DNA of 64,000 nucleotides, from the NCBI GenBank assembly GCA_016930185.1, contig JAFGHK010000059.1, forward strand, positions 9,251-73,250, read 5' to 3'. The position numbers and the translations under genes were made by a program. Below are positions 8,473-17,896 of this stretch, in pieces; the stretch's first letter is position 1, and every line of letters starts with the position of its first letter. This DNA is from Dehalococcoidales bacterium (GTDB lineage: Bacteria > Chloroflexota > Dehalococcoidia > Dehalococcoidales > RBG-16-60-22). Below the pieces are notes generated by a model. The model saw nothing but the letters and a program-made list of their open reading frames with translations, did not search any database and had not been told where the DNA came from.

Positions 8473-9621
8473 TTACTGCGTTTTTACAGTCGATTGCTTG
8501 ATATTGTTCAAAACCTGATTATATACATCCAGCAATTTTCTGGCGATAATTTCCCAGTCGAACTGCCGCGCTCGGGGTATGCCCCTGTCGCCCATATGCT
8601 GCCTTAGCTGCTTGTTCCTTAAGAGCCTTAAAATAGCTTCGGCGAGTTGGTAGGAGTCCTTGGGCGGCACGGCTATGCCCTCCACGCCGTCGTTAAGGAC
8701 GCTGGAATAGCCCTCGATGTTCGATGCGATAACCGGCCTGCCGACCGACATCGCTTCCAGCAGCACGATACCCTGGCTCTCCCGCCCCGTGGCCGGGAAA
8801 CAGACGATATCCGCGGTCTTGTAATATCTCGGCAAATCTTTGTATGTTGCATAGCCCCTGAAATTCACGTCCGGCAGTCCGTACTGGCGCACGAATTTTT
8901 GGTATTTCTTGCGCAGCCGCACCCCCGGCCCCACCTGTATCAGGCGGCAGTCGGGCACTTCCGGTTTGATTAATTTATAGGCTTCCAGCAGGAAATCGAA
9001 CCCCTTTCTCTTTTCCAGTCTCCCCACGAAGAGGATATTCGTCTTCCCATCGTTAAAGTTATCGAATGGAGCTACTTTTTCATGGAAATGCTGGGTGTCC
9101 ACTCCGTTGGGAATGATGACGTAATCGTTAGGGAAGTATTTATTAACATAGGAAAGAGCCACCTTTGAGACGGCGATACGCCCGTCCAGCTTGCGGAACC
9201 AGCGGTCCAGATACCATTTAACGATTGGAGAGAACATAGTGTACCAGGGTTTGCCACCGGAAGCATGGAATGTGCCTACCATTGGCGATTTCTTTAATCT
9301 AAGGATGGTCGTACAAAGGGTGGGCATCAGGGGTTCGTGCAGGTGGCAGATATCGAACTTCTCCCGCTCGAATACCTCTTTAATTTTACTCTCCAACCGG
9401 AGGGATATGGTAATACGTGCGATAGAACCGCTGACCGGTATGGGACGCGGCGTGCCGATGCGGATAAATCGGTCGCTCATTGTGTAAACAGCTTTAGATG
9501 CCGGGGCGATTATTTTAACATCGTGCCCCAGTTTGGTGAACTGCTTTTCCAGACACGATATGTGGCTGACCACGCCGCCCGGTGAAGCGAAGTCGTAAGG
9601 GGAAACCAGGGCAATTTTCAT
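8473..9621 (-). CDS. GT4 glycosyltransferase, PimA-like
   Basis: N-terminus MKIALVSPYDFASPGGVVSHI..GHDVKIIAP parallels mycobacterial PimA. It has the GT4 C-terminal E-x7-E region (GIVLLEAMSVGRPVIAS). Confidence 0.8.
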   Translation of the reverse strand: MKIALVSPYDFASPGGVVSHISCLEKQFTKLGHDVKIIAPASKAVYTMSDRFIRIGTPRPIPVSGSIARITISLRLESKIKEVFEREKFDICHLHEPLMPTLCTTILRLKKSPMVGTFHASGGKPWYTMFSPIVKWYLDRWFRKLDGRIAVSKVALSYVNKYFPNDYVIIPNGVDTQHFHEKVAPFDNFNDGKTNILFVGRLEKRKGFDFLLEAYKLIKPEVPDCRLIQVGPGVRLRKKYQKFVRQYGLPDVNFRGYATYKDLPRYYKTADIVCFPATGRESQGIVLLEAMSVGRPVIASNIEGYSSVLNDGVEGIAVPPKDSYQLAEAILRLLRNKQLRQHMGDRGIPRARQFDWEIIARKLLDVYNQVLNNIKQSTVKTQ

Positions 9622-9627
9622 GCCGCT

Positions 9628-10743
9628 TTATTTAGACCCCCGTTTTTTAGCCGGTTTCTTTTTTGCAGATATCGCGTTGGCTGCGATAAACTCCTCGACC
9701 TTGTTGCGGGCCTCGGAGTCGCTGTACTGTATCGGCGGAGTCTTCATGAAATAAGAAGAAGGCGCGGTCAATGACCCCTTCATGCCGCGGTCCATAGCGA
9801 GCTTGCAGCACCTTATAGCATCGATGACGACGCCGGCGGAGTTGGGGCTGTCCCAGACCTCCAGCTTGGCCTCGACCAGCAGGGGAACATCGCCGAAGGT
9901 ACGGCCTTCCATCCTGATATGGCAGAACTTGCGGTCAAGCAGGAAAGGAACGTAATCGCTGGGACCCACGTGAATATCATCGGGGTCTATTTTATAAGGC
10001 AGCTGGGAGGTTACGGAGCCGGTCTTGGATATTTTCTTGGACTCCAGGCGCTCCCTTTCCAGCATATTGAGGAAATCGGTGTTGCCCCCAAAGTTCAGCT
10101 GGTAGGTCTTTTCCATTTTCACGCCGCGGTCAACGAACAGCTTGGTCAGTACGCGGTGGACAATCGTGGCGCCCACCTGCGACTTAACATCATCGCCGAT
10201 AACCGGCAGACCGTGGTCGGCAAAGCGTGCTGACCAGTCCTTGCGGCTGGCGATGAACACCGGGATGCAGTTGATGAAGCCGCAGCCGGCCTGTAATACC
10301 TGCTCGACGTACCACTTGGTAGCCATTTCGCTGCCGACGGGCAGGTAGTTCAATACAACGTCTGTCTTGGTCTCCTTGAGCACCTTGACGATATCCACGG
10401 TAGGTGGGGAGGCTTTCTGGATAATCTCGGAAAGGTACTTGCCTAGTCCGTCGTGCGTCATGCCCCGGCTTACCTTAACGCCCGTCATGGGCACATCGCA
10501 GAATTTATAGGTGTTGTTCGGCTTGGCGTATATCGCCTGCGCCAGGTCCTTCCCAACCTTGTTTTTATCGACATCGAAAGCGGCTACGAAGTTGACATCG
10601 GAGATATGATAGCCGCCCAGGTTGACGTGCATGAGTCCCGGCACTTTTTCATCGTCTTTGGCGTTTTTGTAGTAATATACTCCCTGTACCAGGGAAGAGG
10701 CGCAGTTGCCCACGCCGATGATTGCCACGTTTATTTTCCCCAT
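9628..10743 (-). CDS. ino1: myo-inositol-1-phosphate synthase
   Basis: NAD-binding N-terminus [19 protein letters not shown]. Length is about 370 aa, like the short bacterial/archaeal MIPS type, with a conserved central region ([15 protein letters not shown]). Confidence 0.85.
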   Translation of the reverse strand: MGKINVAIIGVGNCASSLVQGVYYYKNAKDDEKVPGLMHVNLGGYHISDVNFVAAFDVDKNKVGKDLAQAIYAKPNNTYKFCDVPMTGVKVSRGMTHDGLGKYLSEIIQKASPPTVDIVKVLKETKTDVVLNYLPVGSEMATKWYVEQVLQAGCGFINCIPVFIASRKDWSARFADHGLPVIGDDVKSQVGATIVHRVLTKLFVDRGVKMEKTYQLNFGGNTDFLNMLERERLESKKISKTGSVTSQLPYKIDPDDIHVGPSDYVPFLLDRKFCHIRMEGRTFGDVPLLVEAKLEVWDSPNSAGVVIDAIRCCKLAMDRGMKGSLTAPSSYFMKTPPIQYSDSEARNKVEEFIAANAISAKKKPAKKRGSK

Positions 10744-10910
10744 TTTTATTTGCTACCCCTTTCTTACAAGATGATTTTACGCTGGAAACGGATGATCATC
10801 TAGCTACAACAGGCATCCGATGCACTATACTCTCTTTGAGAGCAGGCTGTCAAGATTAGGTCCTCAATTCACAATATGATAACCCTTATTTCCCCTGCTC
10901 ATTGGTTGTT

Positions 10911-11885
10911 CTAAATCAGCACCTTTTTCGGTCGCCAGTTCCCGTTGTCTTTATCGCGTATCAGTATCGCCAGGAAACGCCCGTCTCGACTGTATGCCCG
11001 ACGGTATCTTTGACTGTCTTTATTAGCTTTTTCCCTCTGTTTAATCAGGCTGCCTGTCTTTATCGCTTTTTCCTCGTCCTCGTCGACTGTTAGCGCGGGA
11101 ATGTCCTGCAGCACACTGTCGATAGGGTAGAGGTATTGCTGCCAGTCGCCTTCCTTAATAGCGTCCTCCAGTTGCTCTATGGAGACGGCGTCCTTAATAT
11201 CGAAAATACCGTAGCGGGTACGTACCAGCGTTTTTAGGTAAGCCCCGCACCCCAGCCCCTCCCCGAGGTCGTTAGCTAGCGCTCGTATATAGGTTCCCTT
11301 GCTGCATTCTATTTCCATGGTTGCCAGCGGCGGCTGCCAGGACAGCAACTCCAGTCGGTGGATGGTTGCTTTTCGACTTTTCCTCTGTACGGCAATACCC
11401 GCCCTGGCCAGACGGTAAAGGGGCTGCCCTTTATACTTGACGGCGCTGTACATAGGGGGGACTTGCTCGATATCGCCCCGGAATTGCTCCAAAGCCTCTT
11501 CAAGTTTGTTGACATCTATGCCTGAAATGTCACCCTGATATATCGTTTTCCCGGAGCTGTCATGAGTGTCGGTAGCTTTGCCCAGTTCTACCCCGGCGCG
11601 GTAGGTCTTTCTGGTATGCATAAGGTATTCGACGATGCGTGTCCCTTGCCCCAGGCATACCGGCAGTACCCCCGATGCATCGGGGTCGAGCGTTCCGGCG
11701 TGTCCGGTGCGGCGCTCGCCGGTCAGGCGTCTTATCAGGGCCACTACGCTGAAAGAGGTCTTGCCCGCAGGTTTGTTGATGTTAAAAATGCCGTCCAAAA
11801 TAAATCCGTTTTTTTTATAATGAAACAAAATTATTGTGAGGTATTCCTTAAAGAGTATCCGGGTTATCTTTATGGGTAACTTCAT
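10911..11885 (-). CDS. truB: tRNA pseudouridine(55) synthase
   Basis: INKPAGKTSF..GHAGTLDPDASGVLPVCLG catalytic Asp motif and a C-terminal PUA-like region. The true start is uncertain: the ATG at 11885 overlaps rbfA by 38 nt, and an in-frame TTG at 11828 is an alternative. Confidence 0.9.
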   Translation of the reverse strand: MKLPIKITRILFKEYLTIILFHYKKNGFILDGIFNINKPAGKTSFSVVALIRRLTGERRTGHAGTLDPDASGVLPVCLGQGTRIVEYLMHTRKTYRAGVELGKATDTHDSSGKTIYQGDISGIDVNKLEEALEQFRGDIEQVPPMYSAVKYKGQPLYRLARAGIAVQRKSRKATIHRLELLSWQPPLATMEIECSKGTYIRALANDLGEGLGCGAYLKTLVRTRYGIFDIKDAVSIEQLEDAIKEGDWQQYLYPIDSVLQDIPALTVDEDEEKAIKTGSLIKQREKANKDSQRYRRAYSRDGRFLAILIRDKDNGNWRPKKVLI

Positions 11886-12210
11886 CGATAAGATGCAGGA
11901 TGTGGTCGCCGTGCTCGATGGAGTTGTCCCAGATAAAATGCAGTTCCGGAGTATAGCGCAGTCTTACTTTGTTGGCCAGTGATTTGCGCAGGAAGCCTGA
12001 AGCTGACTTTAGAACTCCCATGATTTTCTGCTCCTCTTGCTGCCCGCTGATGCTGCTGATATAGACTTTTGCATGCTTGAGGTCGAGGGAGGTATCCACC
12101 TCTGTTACGGTGATAAATTCGGTCAGGCGGGGGTCTCTTAGCTCCTGCTGGATAAGCTCGCTGATTTCACGGCGCAGGAGCGTATTAACACGTTCGATAC
12201 GATGGGACAT
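11848..12210 (-). CDS. rbfA: ribosome-binding factor A
   Basis: RIERVNTLLRREISELI and VTVTEVDTSLDLKHAKVY are typical RbfA. It holds the conserved position between infB and truB. Confidence 0.92.
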   Translation of the reverse strand: MSHRIERVNTLLRREISELIQQELRDPRLTEFITVTEVDTSLDLKHAKVYISSISGQQEEQKIMGVLKSASGFLRKSLANKVRLRYTPELHFIWDNSIEHGDHILHLIDEVTHKDNPDTL

Positions 12211-12231
12211 GATATCGGTTCCGGCGGTGTG

Positions 12232-14121
12232 TTATTTGCCGGATTTCTCCATTTTATAGAATTCCAGAACGTCACCGACCTTGAAGTCGTTAAAGTCCTT
12301 GATGCCTACGCCGCACTCATAACCGGCGACTACTTCCTTGGCGTCGTCCTTGAAACGCTTGAGACTGGATACCGTTGACTCAACCAGTGTATCTTTACCC
12401 CGCTTCACCCTCACGGACATGTTGCGGGTTACCTTACCCTCGGAAACCAGAATACCGGCGGCTTTGTTCCCTTTGCCGGCCGAGAAGACCGCTCTTACAT
12501 CCGCCCGTCCTTCGATTACTTCGGTGAATTTAGGCTCCAGCAGTCCCTTCAGCGCTTTATCCACGTCGTCGATTAGATTGTAGATAATATCGTAGAAACG
12601 TATGTCCACGCCGGTGCTGGCGGCCAGGCGGCGTGCCCCTTCGCTGGCGTTGACGCTGAAACCGATGATTAGTCCGTTAGAAGCTGCCGCCAGCATGACA
12701 TCACTTTCGGTGACGTTGCCGGGTGCGCTGTGTATTATCCTTACCTTTACTTCATCCGTCCCCAGGCGCTCCAGCGAGCTTACGACAGGCTCGATGCTAC
12801 CCTGTACGTCCGTCTTCAGGATAACATTGAGTTCCTTGACCTTGCCGGTGCTTATCTGGTCGTAAAGGTTATCTAGGTTGACTGCTTTTTTATCTAAAGC
12901 CTCTTGTTCCAGTTCGGTGCGTTTTCTGGCAAGTATTGCCTGGGCGTGGCGCTCGTCGCTGACGGCCGTTAGTGTGTCTCCCACCTTCGGAACCTCCCCC
13001 AAACCCAGTATTTCCACCGGCATGGACGGTTCGGCCTTCTTTATACGCTTGCGTTTCTCATTGAACATAGCCCTCACCCTGCCCCATGTCATCCCGACCA
13101 CCACGGTGTCCTCCTCTTTTAAGGTGCCGGACTGTATGAGAACGGTGGCCAGCGGACCCATTGTCTTATCTTTTTCAGCTTCTATAACCACGCCGGCCGC
13201 AAGTTGATCGGGATTCGCCTTCAGGTCTTCCATCTCTGCCACCAGCAGCACGCTTTCCAGCAGTTCTTTAATGCCTTTCTTTTCCTTGGCGGAGACTTCC
13301 GCGCATACGATGTCGCCTCCAAACTCCTCGACCACTAAGCCGGCTTCGGTAAGCTGCTGTTTTACCATATTGGGGTTGGCATTATCTTTATCTATTTTAT
13401 TAATTGCCACCACGATAGGCACTTCCGCCGCCCGGGCATGGTTGATGGCTTCTTTTGTCTGGGGCATCACGCCGTCATCGGCAGCCACTACCAGGATAGT
13501 AACATCGGTAATATTAGCCCCGTGAGCACGCATGGCGGTAAAGGCTTCATGACCGGGGGTATCCAGAAACGTAATCTTCTGACCGTCTATAGTTATCTGA
13601 TAAGCGCCGATATGCTGGGTAATGCCTCCCGCTTCGGAATCGACGACGTTAGTCTTGCGTATAGCGTCGAGCAGTTTAGTCTTGCCGTGGTCGACATGTC
13701 CCATGACGGTGACCACCGGCGGGCGCGCCACCGGGTTCTCCGCCTCTTTCACGTATTTCCGCTTGAGACGCTTGCTTTCCTCGGCGGCGCTGGCCATCAT
13801 CTGGTCTTTAATTGGCACCAGGTGGGGTTTATAGCCGAAGCTGGTTGCTATAGAGCCGGCTGTCTCGTAATCTATAACCTGGTTGATGTTAGCCATGATG
13901 CCGTTACGCATCAGCTGCTTGATTATATTAATAGCGTCGATGTCCAGCATTTCTGCTAGCTGGCGCACGCTTATTGAGCGCGGCAGGTTGATAACCGGGA
14001 TGTTGTCCTTTTCCGGTTCCTGAACCGGCTTTTCCGTAGCTTTGCTGACGGTTTTTCTCGGTTTACTTGCGGTTTTTCTCGGTTTACTCGCGGTTTTCCT
14101 CGGTCTGCTGGCTCTAGCCAA
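12232..14121 (-). CDS. infB: translation initiation factor IF-2
   Basis: GTPase G1 GHVDHGKT and G3 DTPGH. TTG start overlapping the ylxR stop (TTGGCTAG). The N-terminus carries a PRKTASK tandem repeat. Confidence 0.95.
   Translation of the reverse strand: MARASRPRKTASKPRKTASKPRKTVSKATEKPVQEPEKDNIPVINLPRSISVRQLAEMLDIDAINIIKQLMRNGIMANINQVIDYETAGSIATSFGYKPHLVPIKDQMMASAAEESKRLKRKYVKEAENPVARPPVVTVMGHVDHGKTKLLDAIRKTNVVDSEAGGITQHIGAYQITIDGQKITFLDTPGHEAFTAMRAHGANITDVTILVVAADDGVMPQTKEAINHARAAEVPIVVAINKIDKDNANPNMVKQQLTEAGLVVEEFGGDIVCAEVSAKEKKGIKELLESVLLVAEMEDLKANPDQLAAGVVIEAEKDKTMGPLATVLIQSGTLKEEDTVVVGMTWGRVRAMFNEKRKRIKKAEPSMPVEILGLGEVPKVGDTLTAVSDERHAQAILARKRTELEQEALDKKAVNLDNLYDQISTGKVKELNVILKTDVQGSIEPVVSSLERLGTDEVKVRIIHSAPGNVTESDVMLAAASNGLIIGFSVNASEGARRLAASTGVDIRFYDIIYNLIDDVDKALKGLLEPKFTEVIEGRADVRAVFSAGKGNKAAGILVSEGKVTRNMSVRVKRGKDTLVESTVSSLKRFKDDAKEVVAGYECGVGIKDFNDFKVGDVLEFYKMEKSGK
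14049..14111. repeat. 3 x 21-bp tandem repeat inside the infB 5' end
   Basis: CGGTTTTTCTCGGTTTACTTG, CGGTTTTTCTCGGTTTACTCG and CGGTTTTCCTCGGTCTGCTGG on the + strand. They encode (S)KPRKTA repeats. Confidence 0.9.
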
Positions 14122-14419
14122 TGGTTGACTCCTTTAGCAGTTTTTCTCCGGCTTCACCGAGTCGTTCCAGGTTTTCGGTTTCAATTTTTACCTTTAAAGC
14201 GTGCTGCAGCTGCTGTCCTTTTAAAACCTTTTCCCAGCACATCCTGTCCCGACATAAATACGTTCCCCGCCCCTCCATTTTACCCGTAACATCTATTTCC
14301 ACTTCACCTGTGGAGGTGCGTACCAGTCGCACCATTTCCCGTTTGGTTTTTACCTTACGGCAGGCTGCGCAGGTCCGCTGCGGGTTTGCCTTGCCGGTTG
14401 CCGCTCGGGTTTTAGAAAT
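14114..14419 (-). CDS. ylxR: YlxR/RnpM-family (DUF448) RNA-binding protein, probable non-canonical ATT start
   Basis: The ORF track starts at the ATG at 14335. However, the family-typical [14 protein letters not shown] segment is encoded in frame upstream (14338-14377), with no ATG/GTG/TTG available. An ATT at 14419-14417 follows a GGAGGAGGAGG run. Confidence 0.6.
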   Translation of the reverse strand: MSKTRAATGKANPQRTCAACRKVKTKREMVRLVRTSTGEVEIDVTGKMEGRGTYLCRDRMCWEKVLKGQQLQHALKVKIETENLERLGEAGEKLLKESTIG

Positions 14420-15857
14420 ATTCCTCCTCCTCCTCTGTGTAGTCGCGGCGGCCTTTTCTGCCCTTGCCGCTTTCTTCTCCTGTTTCTTTCGTACGGGCGC
14501 CCTTCTTTTTCTTCTTGGATTTAGCGGGCTTTTCCTTTTCTTTGGTTCGCCTGGGTGTTAGTATATCCTCGGCGAAGCGCAGCTTCGGCTGACCTTCTTC
14601 GGACGGTTCCTCCGACTTTATCTGGGGAGGCATTAGTATTTCCGCCGCAACCGGTTCTCCTTCAGCCTCTTCTTTGACTTCTTCCTCGGCTGGCTCTTCA
14701 ACCACCTCCACGGGTTCTAGTTGAGCGAGGATTTCCTCGGGCAATTCTTCTACGGCTGCCTCTTTTTCTATTTCTTCTTCTGCTTTTGCTTCGGGAGCGC
14801 CGGCTTCTTCGATTTTCTCGGCTTCGGCTGTAGAAGCGCTCTTGATGTCGATGCGCCAGCCGGTAAGCTTGGCGGCCAGCCGTGCGTTCTGTCCCTCTTT
14901 ACCGATAGCTAGAGAAAGCTGCTTGTCCGGTACGACTACCGCAGCTACCTGTTCCTCATTATTAAGTTGGACGCCTATAATATGTGCCGGGCTTAACGCG
15001 TTGGCGATGAATGTGGCTGGGTCAGGACTCCACATGACCACATCTATTTTCTCGCCGTTAAGCTCGCTAACGATATTTTGTATCCTGATGCCCCGCAGCC
15101 CCACGCAGCACCCCACGGGGTCGATGCCTTCCTGCTTGGCGGCTACGGCTATTTTGCTTCTGAACCCGGCCTCGCGGGCAATCGACTTTATCTCGACGGT
15201 GCCGTTATAGACCTCCGGCACTTCCAGTTCGAACAAACGACGTAATAACTCCGGGTGAGAGCGCGACACGATTACTCTGGGACCCTTGGTGGTGCGGGCT
15301 ACCTGTAGTAATACCACCTTCAGGTGTTGTCCCACCCTGTACCTCTCGGTGTGTACCTGCTCCGATGCCGGCAGGATAGCTTCGGTCCTGCCCAGTTCGA
15401 CGAATGCCTGCCCTGCCTCGAAGCGCTGGACGACGCCGCTTACAACCTCGCCCTCTTTATCGGCGTATTCCTCGAAAATGGCGCTGTGCTCGGCTTCGTG
15501 CAGGCGCTGCAGGATAACCTGCTTGGCTGTCTGCGCTGCGATGCGACCGGCGTTGGCTGGAGTGGACTCTATCATGATTGCCTCGCCGACCTTAATGTCG
15601 CTATTAGTTTTTTTTGCCTCCCGCAGTGATATCTCGATCTCCCGGTCTTTGGGTTTTTCTACCACTGTTTTTTCCACCCATACCTCCACCGCCCCGGTAT
15701 TTGGATTGATTTTGACGGCTATATTCTGATTGGAGGAAAAGCTGTCCTTTTTATAGGCTGAAACCAGTGCCGCTTCAACTGCGTTGAGGACGACATCCTT
15801 CGGCAGGTTTTTCTCCGCCGAAAGCTGCGTAATGGCGAGCAAAAAATCGCTCTTCAT
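14412..15857 (-). CDS. nusA: transcription termination/antitermination factor NusA with acidic/basic low-complexity tail
   Basis: N-terminal domain, S1 ([21 protein letters not shown]) and two KH domains (GxxG: [10 protein letters not shown]). The last ~130 aa are a Glu-rich then Lys-rich tail. Confidence 0.95.
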   Translation of the reverse strand: MKSDFLLAITQLSAEKNLPKDVVLNAVEAALVSAYKKDSFSSNQNIAVKINPNTGAVEVWVEKTVVEKPKDREIEISLREAKKTNSDIKVGEAIMIESTPANAGRIAAQTAKQVILQRLHEAEHSAIFEEYADKEGEVVSGVVQRFEAGQAFVELGRTEAILPASEQVHTERYRVGQHLKVVLLQVARTTKGPRVIVSRSHPELLRRLFELEVPEVYNGTVEIKSIAREAGFRSKIAVAAKQEGIDPVGCCVGLRGIRIQNIVSELNGEKIDVVMWSPDPATFIANALSPAHIIGVQLNNEEQVAAVVVPDKQLSLAIGKEGQNARLAAKLTGWRIDIKSASTAEAEKIEEAGAPEAKAEEEIEKEAAVEELPEEILAQLEPVEVVEEPAEEEVKEEAEGEPVAAEILMPPQIKSEEPSEEGQPKLRFAEDILTPRRTKEKEKPAKSKKKKKGARTKETGEESGKGRKGRRDYTEEEEEYF

Positions 15858-15900
15858 TTCGGATGCTGACCTCCGCTTTATTCTTTTTTAAATATTCACT

Positions 15901-15929
15901 AATTAAAAAAGTGGGGCTCAAACCCACTT
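15901..15929 (-). terminator. intrinsic-terminator-like hairpin in the nusA leader
   Basis: The minus strand reads AAGTGGG-tttgagc-CCCACTT followed by TTTTAATT. It lies between the predicted nusA promoter (15965-15993) and the nusA SD/ATG (15857). Confidence 0.6.
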
Positions 15930-15964
15930 CTCATGTAAAGTTATTCTTATCCTGTGGCAGCTTC

Positions 15965-15993
15965 ATTATAGCACGGTTTATATCGGTATGCAA
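15965..15993 (-). promoter_or_regulatory. predicted nusA operon promoter (extended -10)
   Basis: The minus strand reads TTGCAT (15993-15988), a 17-nt spacer, then TGcTATAAT (-10 at 15970-15965). Confidence 0.55.
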
Positions 15994-16032
15994 TATCAAA
16001 TGAAACGATTTTATCACAATTATCAAATGAAA
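15994..16032. repeat. two direct copies of TATCAAATGAAA, 27 bp apart, in the nusA/GNAT divergent region
   Basis: Exact 12-mers at 15994-16005 and 16021-16032, immediately upstream of the nusA -35 element. Confidence 0.7.
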
Positions 16033-16145
16033 AGAAATGTGGATAATGGCTGTATTCTAGAAATCCTTTGTTTGCTGGGTTATAATATGGAATATACTTC
16101 ATCTCGGTTAACCCGGATGAAAAATTAAAAAGGGGGAATACTTAA

Positions 16146-16586
16146 ATGAAGACGATTGACAAAAACGCAGTAAAAATACGTCGATTGGTATCCAGCGACA
16201 TTACCCCCACACTGGGAATCTGGTGGGCTGATATCCCTGAAAAGGAGATGGTGGCTGACCAGTTGCGTGGGCCTCGCGATTTGAGCTTTATTGCCGAGTA
16301 TGAAGGCGTCTTGGTCGGGTTTATCCTGGCCAAACTTGAGTATTCCGGTTTCCCCATGACCGGCACGGGTATGGTATTTCTCATCGCGGTTAATCCTGAT
16401 TACCAGAGAAGCGGCATCGGCACAATGCTTATCGACGCATTGGAAAATTACTGTAAGTCCAAGGGAATAAACGTTATCCGTGCGCTTGTTCCCAGGAAAG
16501 ATGAGAAAATGGTCAAGTATTTTGCCGACAAAGGCTTTTGTGAAAGCAACATGATTAATTACGACAAGCCATGTCCTGCTAGATAG
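16146..16586 (+). CDS. GNAT family N-acetyltransferase
   Basis: Acetyl-CoA motif VNPDYQRSGIGTMLIDAL. A TAGAAA-17-TATAAT promoter-like site lies at 16058-16086. Confidence 0.8.
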   Translation: MKTIDKNAVKIRRLVSSDITPTLGIWWADIPEKEMVADQLRGPRDLSFIAEYEGVLVGFILAKLEYSGFPMTGTGMVFLIAVNPDYQRSGIGTMLIDALENYCKSKGINVIRALVPRKDEKMVKYFADKGFCESNMINYDKPCPAR

Positions 16587-16616
16587 AAGTGACTTTATAG
16601 TGTTGAGGAACGAAAC

Positions 16617-17786
16617 TTGGTTACAGACAAATTAAAGGGTGCCATTGCTAAGGAAATAGACGGGCGCTACAAGCAGCTCTCTAAGTTAAGCCGGAACATT
16701 CATGATAACCCGGAGACGGGTATGAAAGAACGTCGCGCGGCGGCATGGCTTACCGCATTTTTAAAAGAACATGGTTTTACCGTGACTAAAGGCATCGCTG
16801 GAATGCCCACTGCTTTCCACGGTATTTATGGCACAGGCAAACCTGCCGTTGGTTTTCTGGCCGAATATGATGCCTTGCCTAAGATAGGCCATGCCTGCGG
16901 ACACAACCTGATAGCTACCAGTGCCGTGGCTGCCGCTATAGCCGCAAAAAAGGCGGTAGATAAGTTCGGCGGCAGTATCGTCGTTTACGGCACACCTGCC
17001 GAAGAAACTGATGCTGGCAAGGCTATCATGGCTAAAAAAGGTGTTTTTAAAGAGCTGGATGCGGCAATGATTACCCACCCGGGCGCTAATCGGGTGCTGT
17101 TTCATGCCCTGGCATGCCAGACCCTGGAGGTCGAGTTTTTAGGTAAAGCCGCTCATGCTGCCGCTTCTCCCGAGGCGGGCGTCAATGCCCTTGAGGCTAT
17201 GATTTTATCGTTTAACGCTATTAATTCTCTGCGTCAGCACATCAGGGACACCGCCCGTGTCCACGGTATAATAACCGATGGCGGTGAAGCTCCTAATGTT
17301 GTCCCGGCCCATAGCGCCGCTACCTTCCTTGTTCGCGCCGGGGATGATAAATACCTCGATGTCTTAAAAGATAAGGTGATTAATTGCTTTGCCGGTGCCG
17401 CGGCTGCCACCGGCGCCGAGCTCAAATATCGCTGGGCGGACGTGCGCTATGCCGCTATGTTAAATAACGTGACCCTGGCCAGGCTTTTTCGTAAAAATAT
17501 GCAGGCGCTGGGACATTCTATTCCACTCGGTCGTTCCGGAGGTTTTGGCGGAAGTTCCGATGTTGGTAACGTAAGTCAGCTGGTGCCGACTATTCAGCCT
17601 ATGGTACCAATTGCCTCTAAGAAAGTATTGATTCATTCCCCTGAATTTGCTAAGGCGACTGGCAAAGAAAAATCATTACTTGTTATGCTTTATGCCGCCA
17701 AGGCCATGGCGATGACCGCCGCCGACTTAATAGCAAGTCCGGAAGCGCTTGCCGCTGTTCGTGCCGAGTTCCGTAAAAATAAATAG
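16617..17786 (+). CDS. M20 family metallopeptidase/amidohydrolase (AbgB-like)
   Basis: GHACGHNLIA metal-binding motif, GTPAEE, and family-typical length. TTG start. Confidence 0.8.
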   Translation: MVTDKLKGAIAKEIDGRYKQLSKLSRNIHDNPETGMKERRAAAWLTAFLKEHGFTVTKGIAGMPTAFHGIYGTGKPAVGFLAEYDALPKIGHACGHNLIATSAVAAAIAAKKAVDKFGGSIVVYGTPAEETDAGKAIMAKKGVFKELDAAMITHPGANRVLFHALACQTLEVEFLGKAAHAAASPEAGVNALEAMILSFNAINSLRQHIRDTARVHGIITDGGEAPNVVPAHSAATFLVRAGDDKYLDVLKDKVINCFAGAAAATGAELKYRWADVRYAAMLNNVTLARLFRKNMQALGHSIPLGRSGGFGGSSDVGNVSQLVPTIQPMVPIASKKVLIHSPEFAKATGKEKSLLVMLYAAKAMAMTAADLIASPEALAAVRAEFRKNK

Positions 17787-17896
17787 GCGCTTTCTCCGTT
17801 AAAAGGGGATTGAAAGAAATAATATTATAAAAATTTTAGCTTCACTCTACCTGTAAAATGGCATTTTCAGGATAAAAATATTAACATTAAAGTAGT

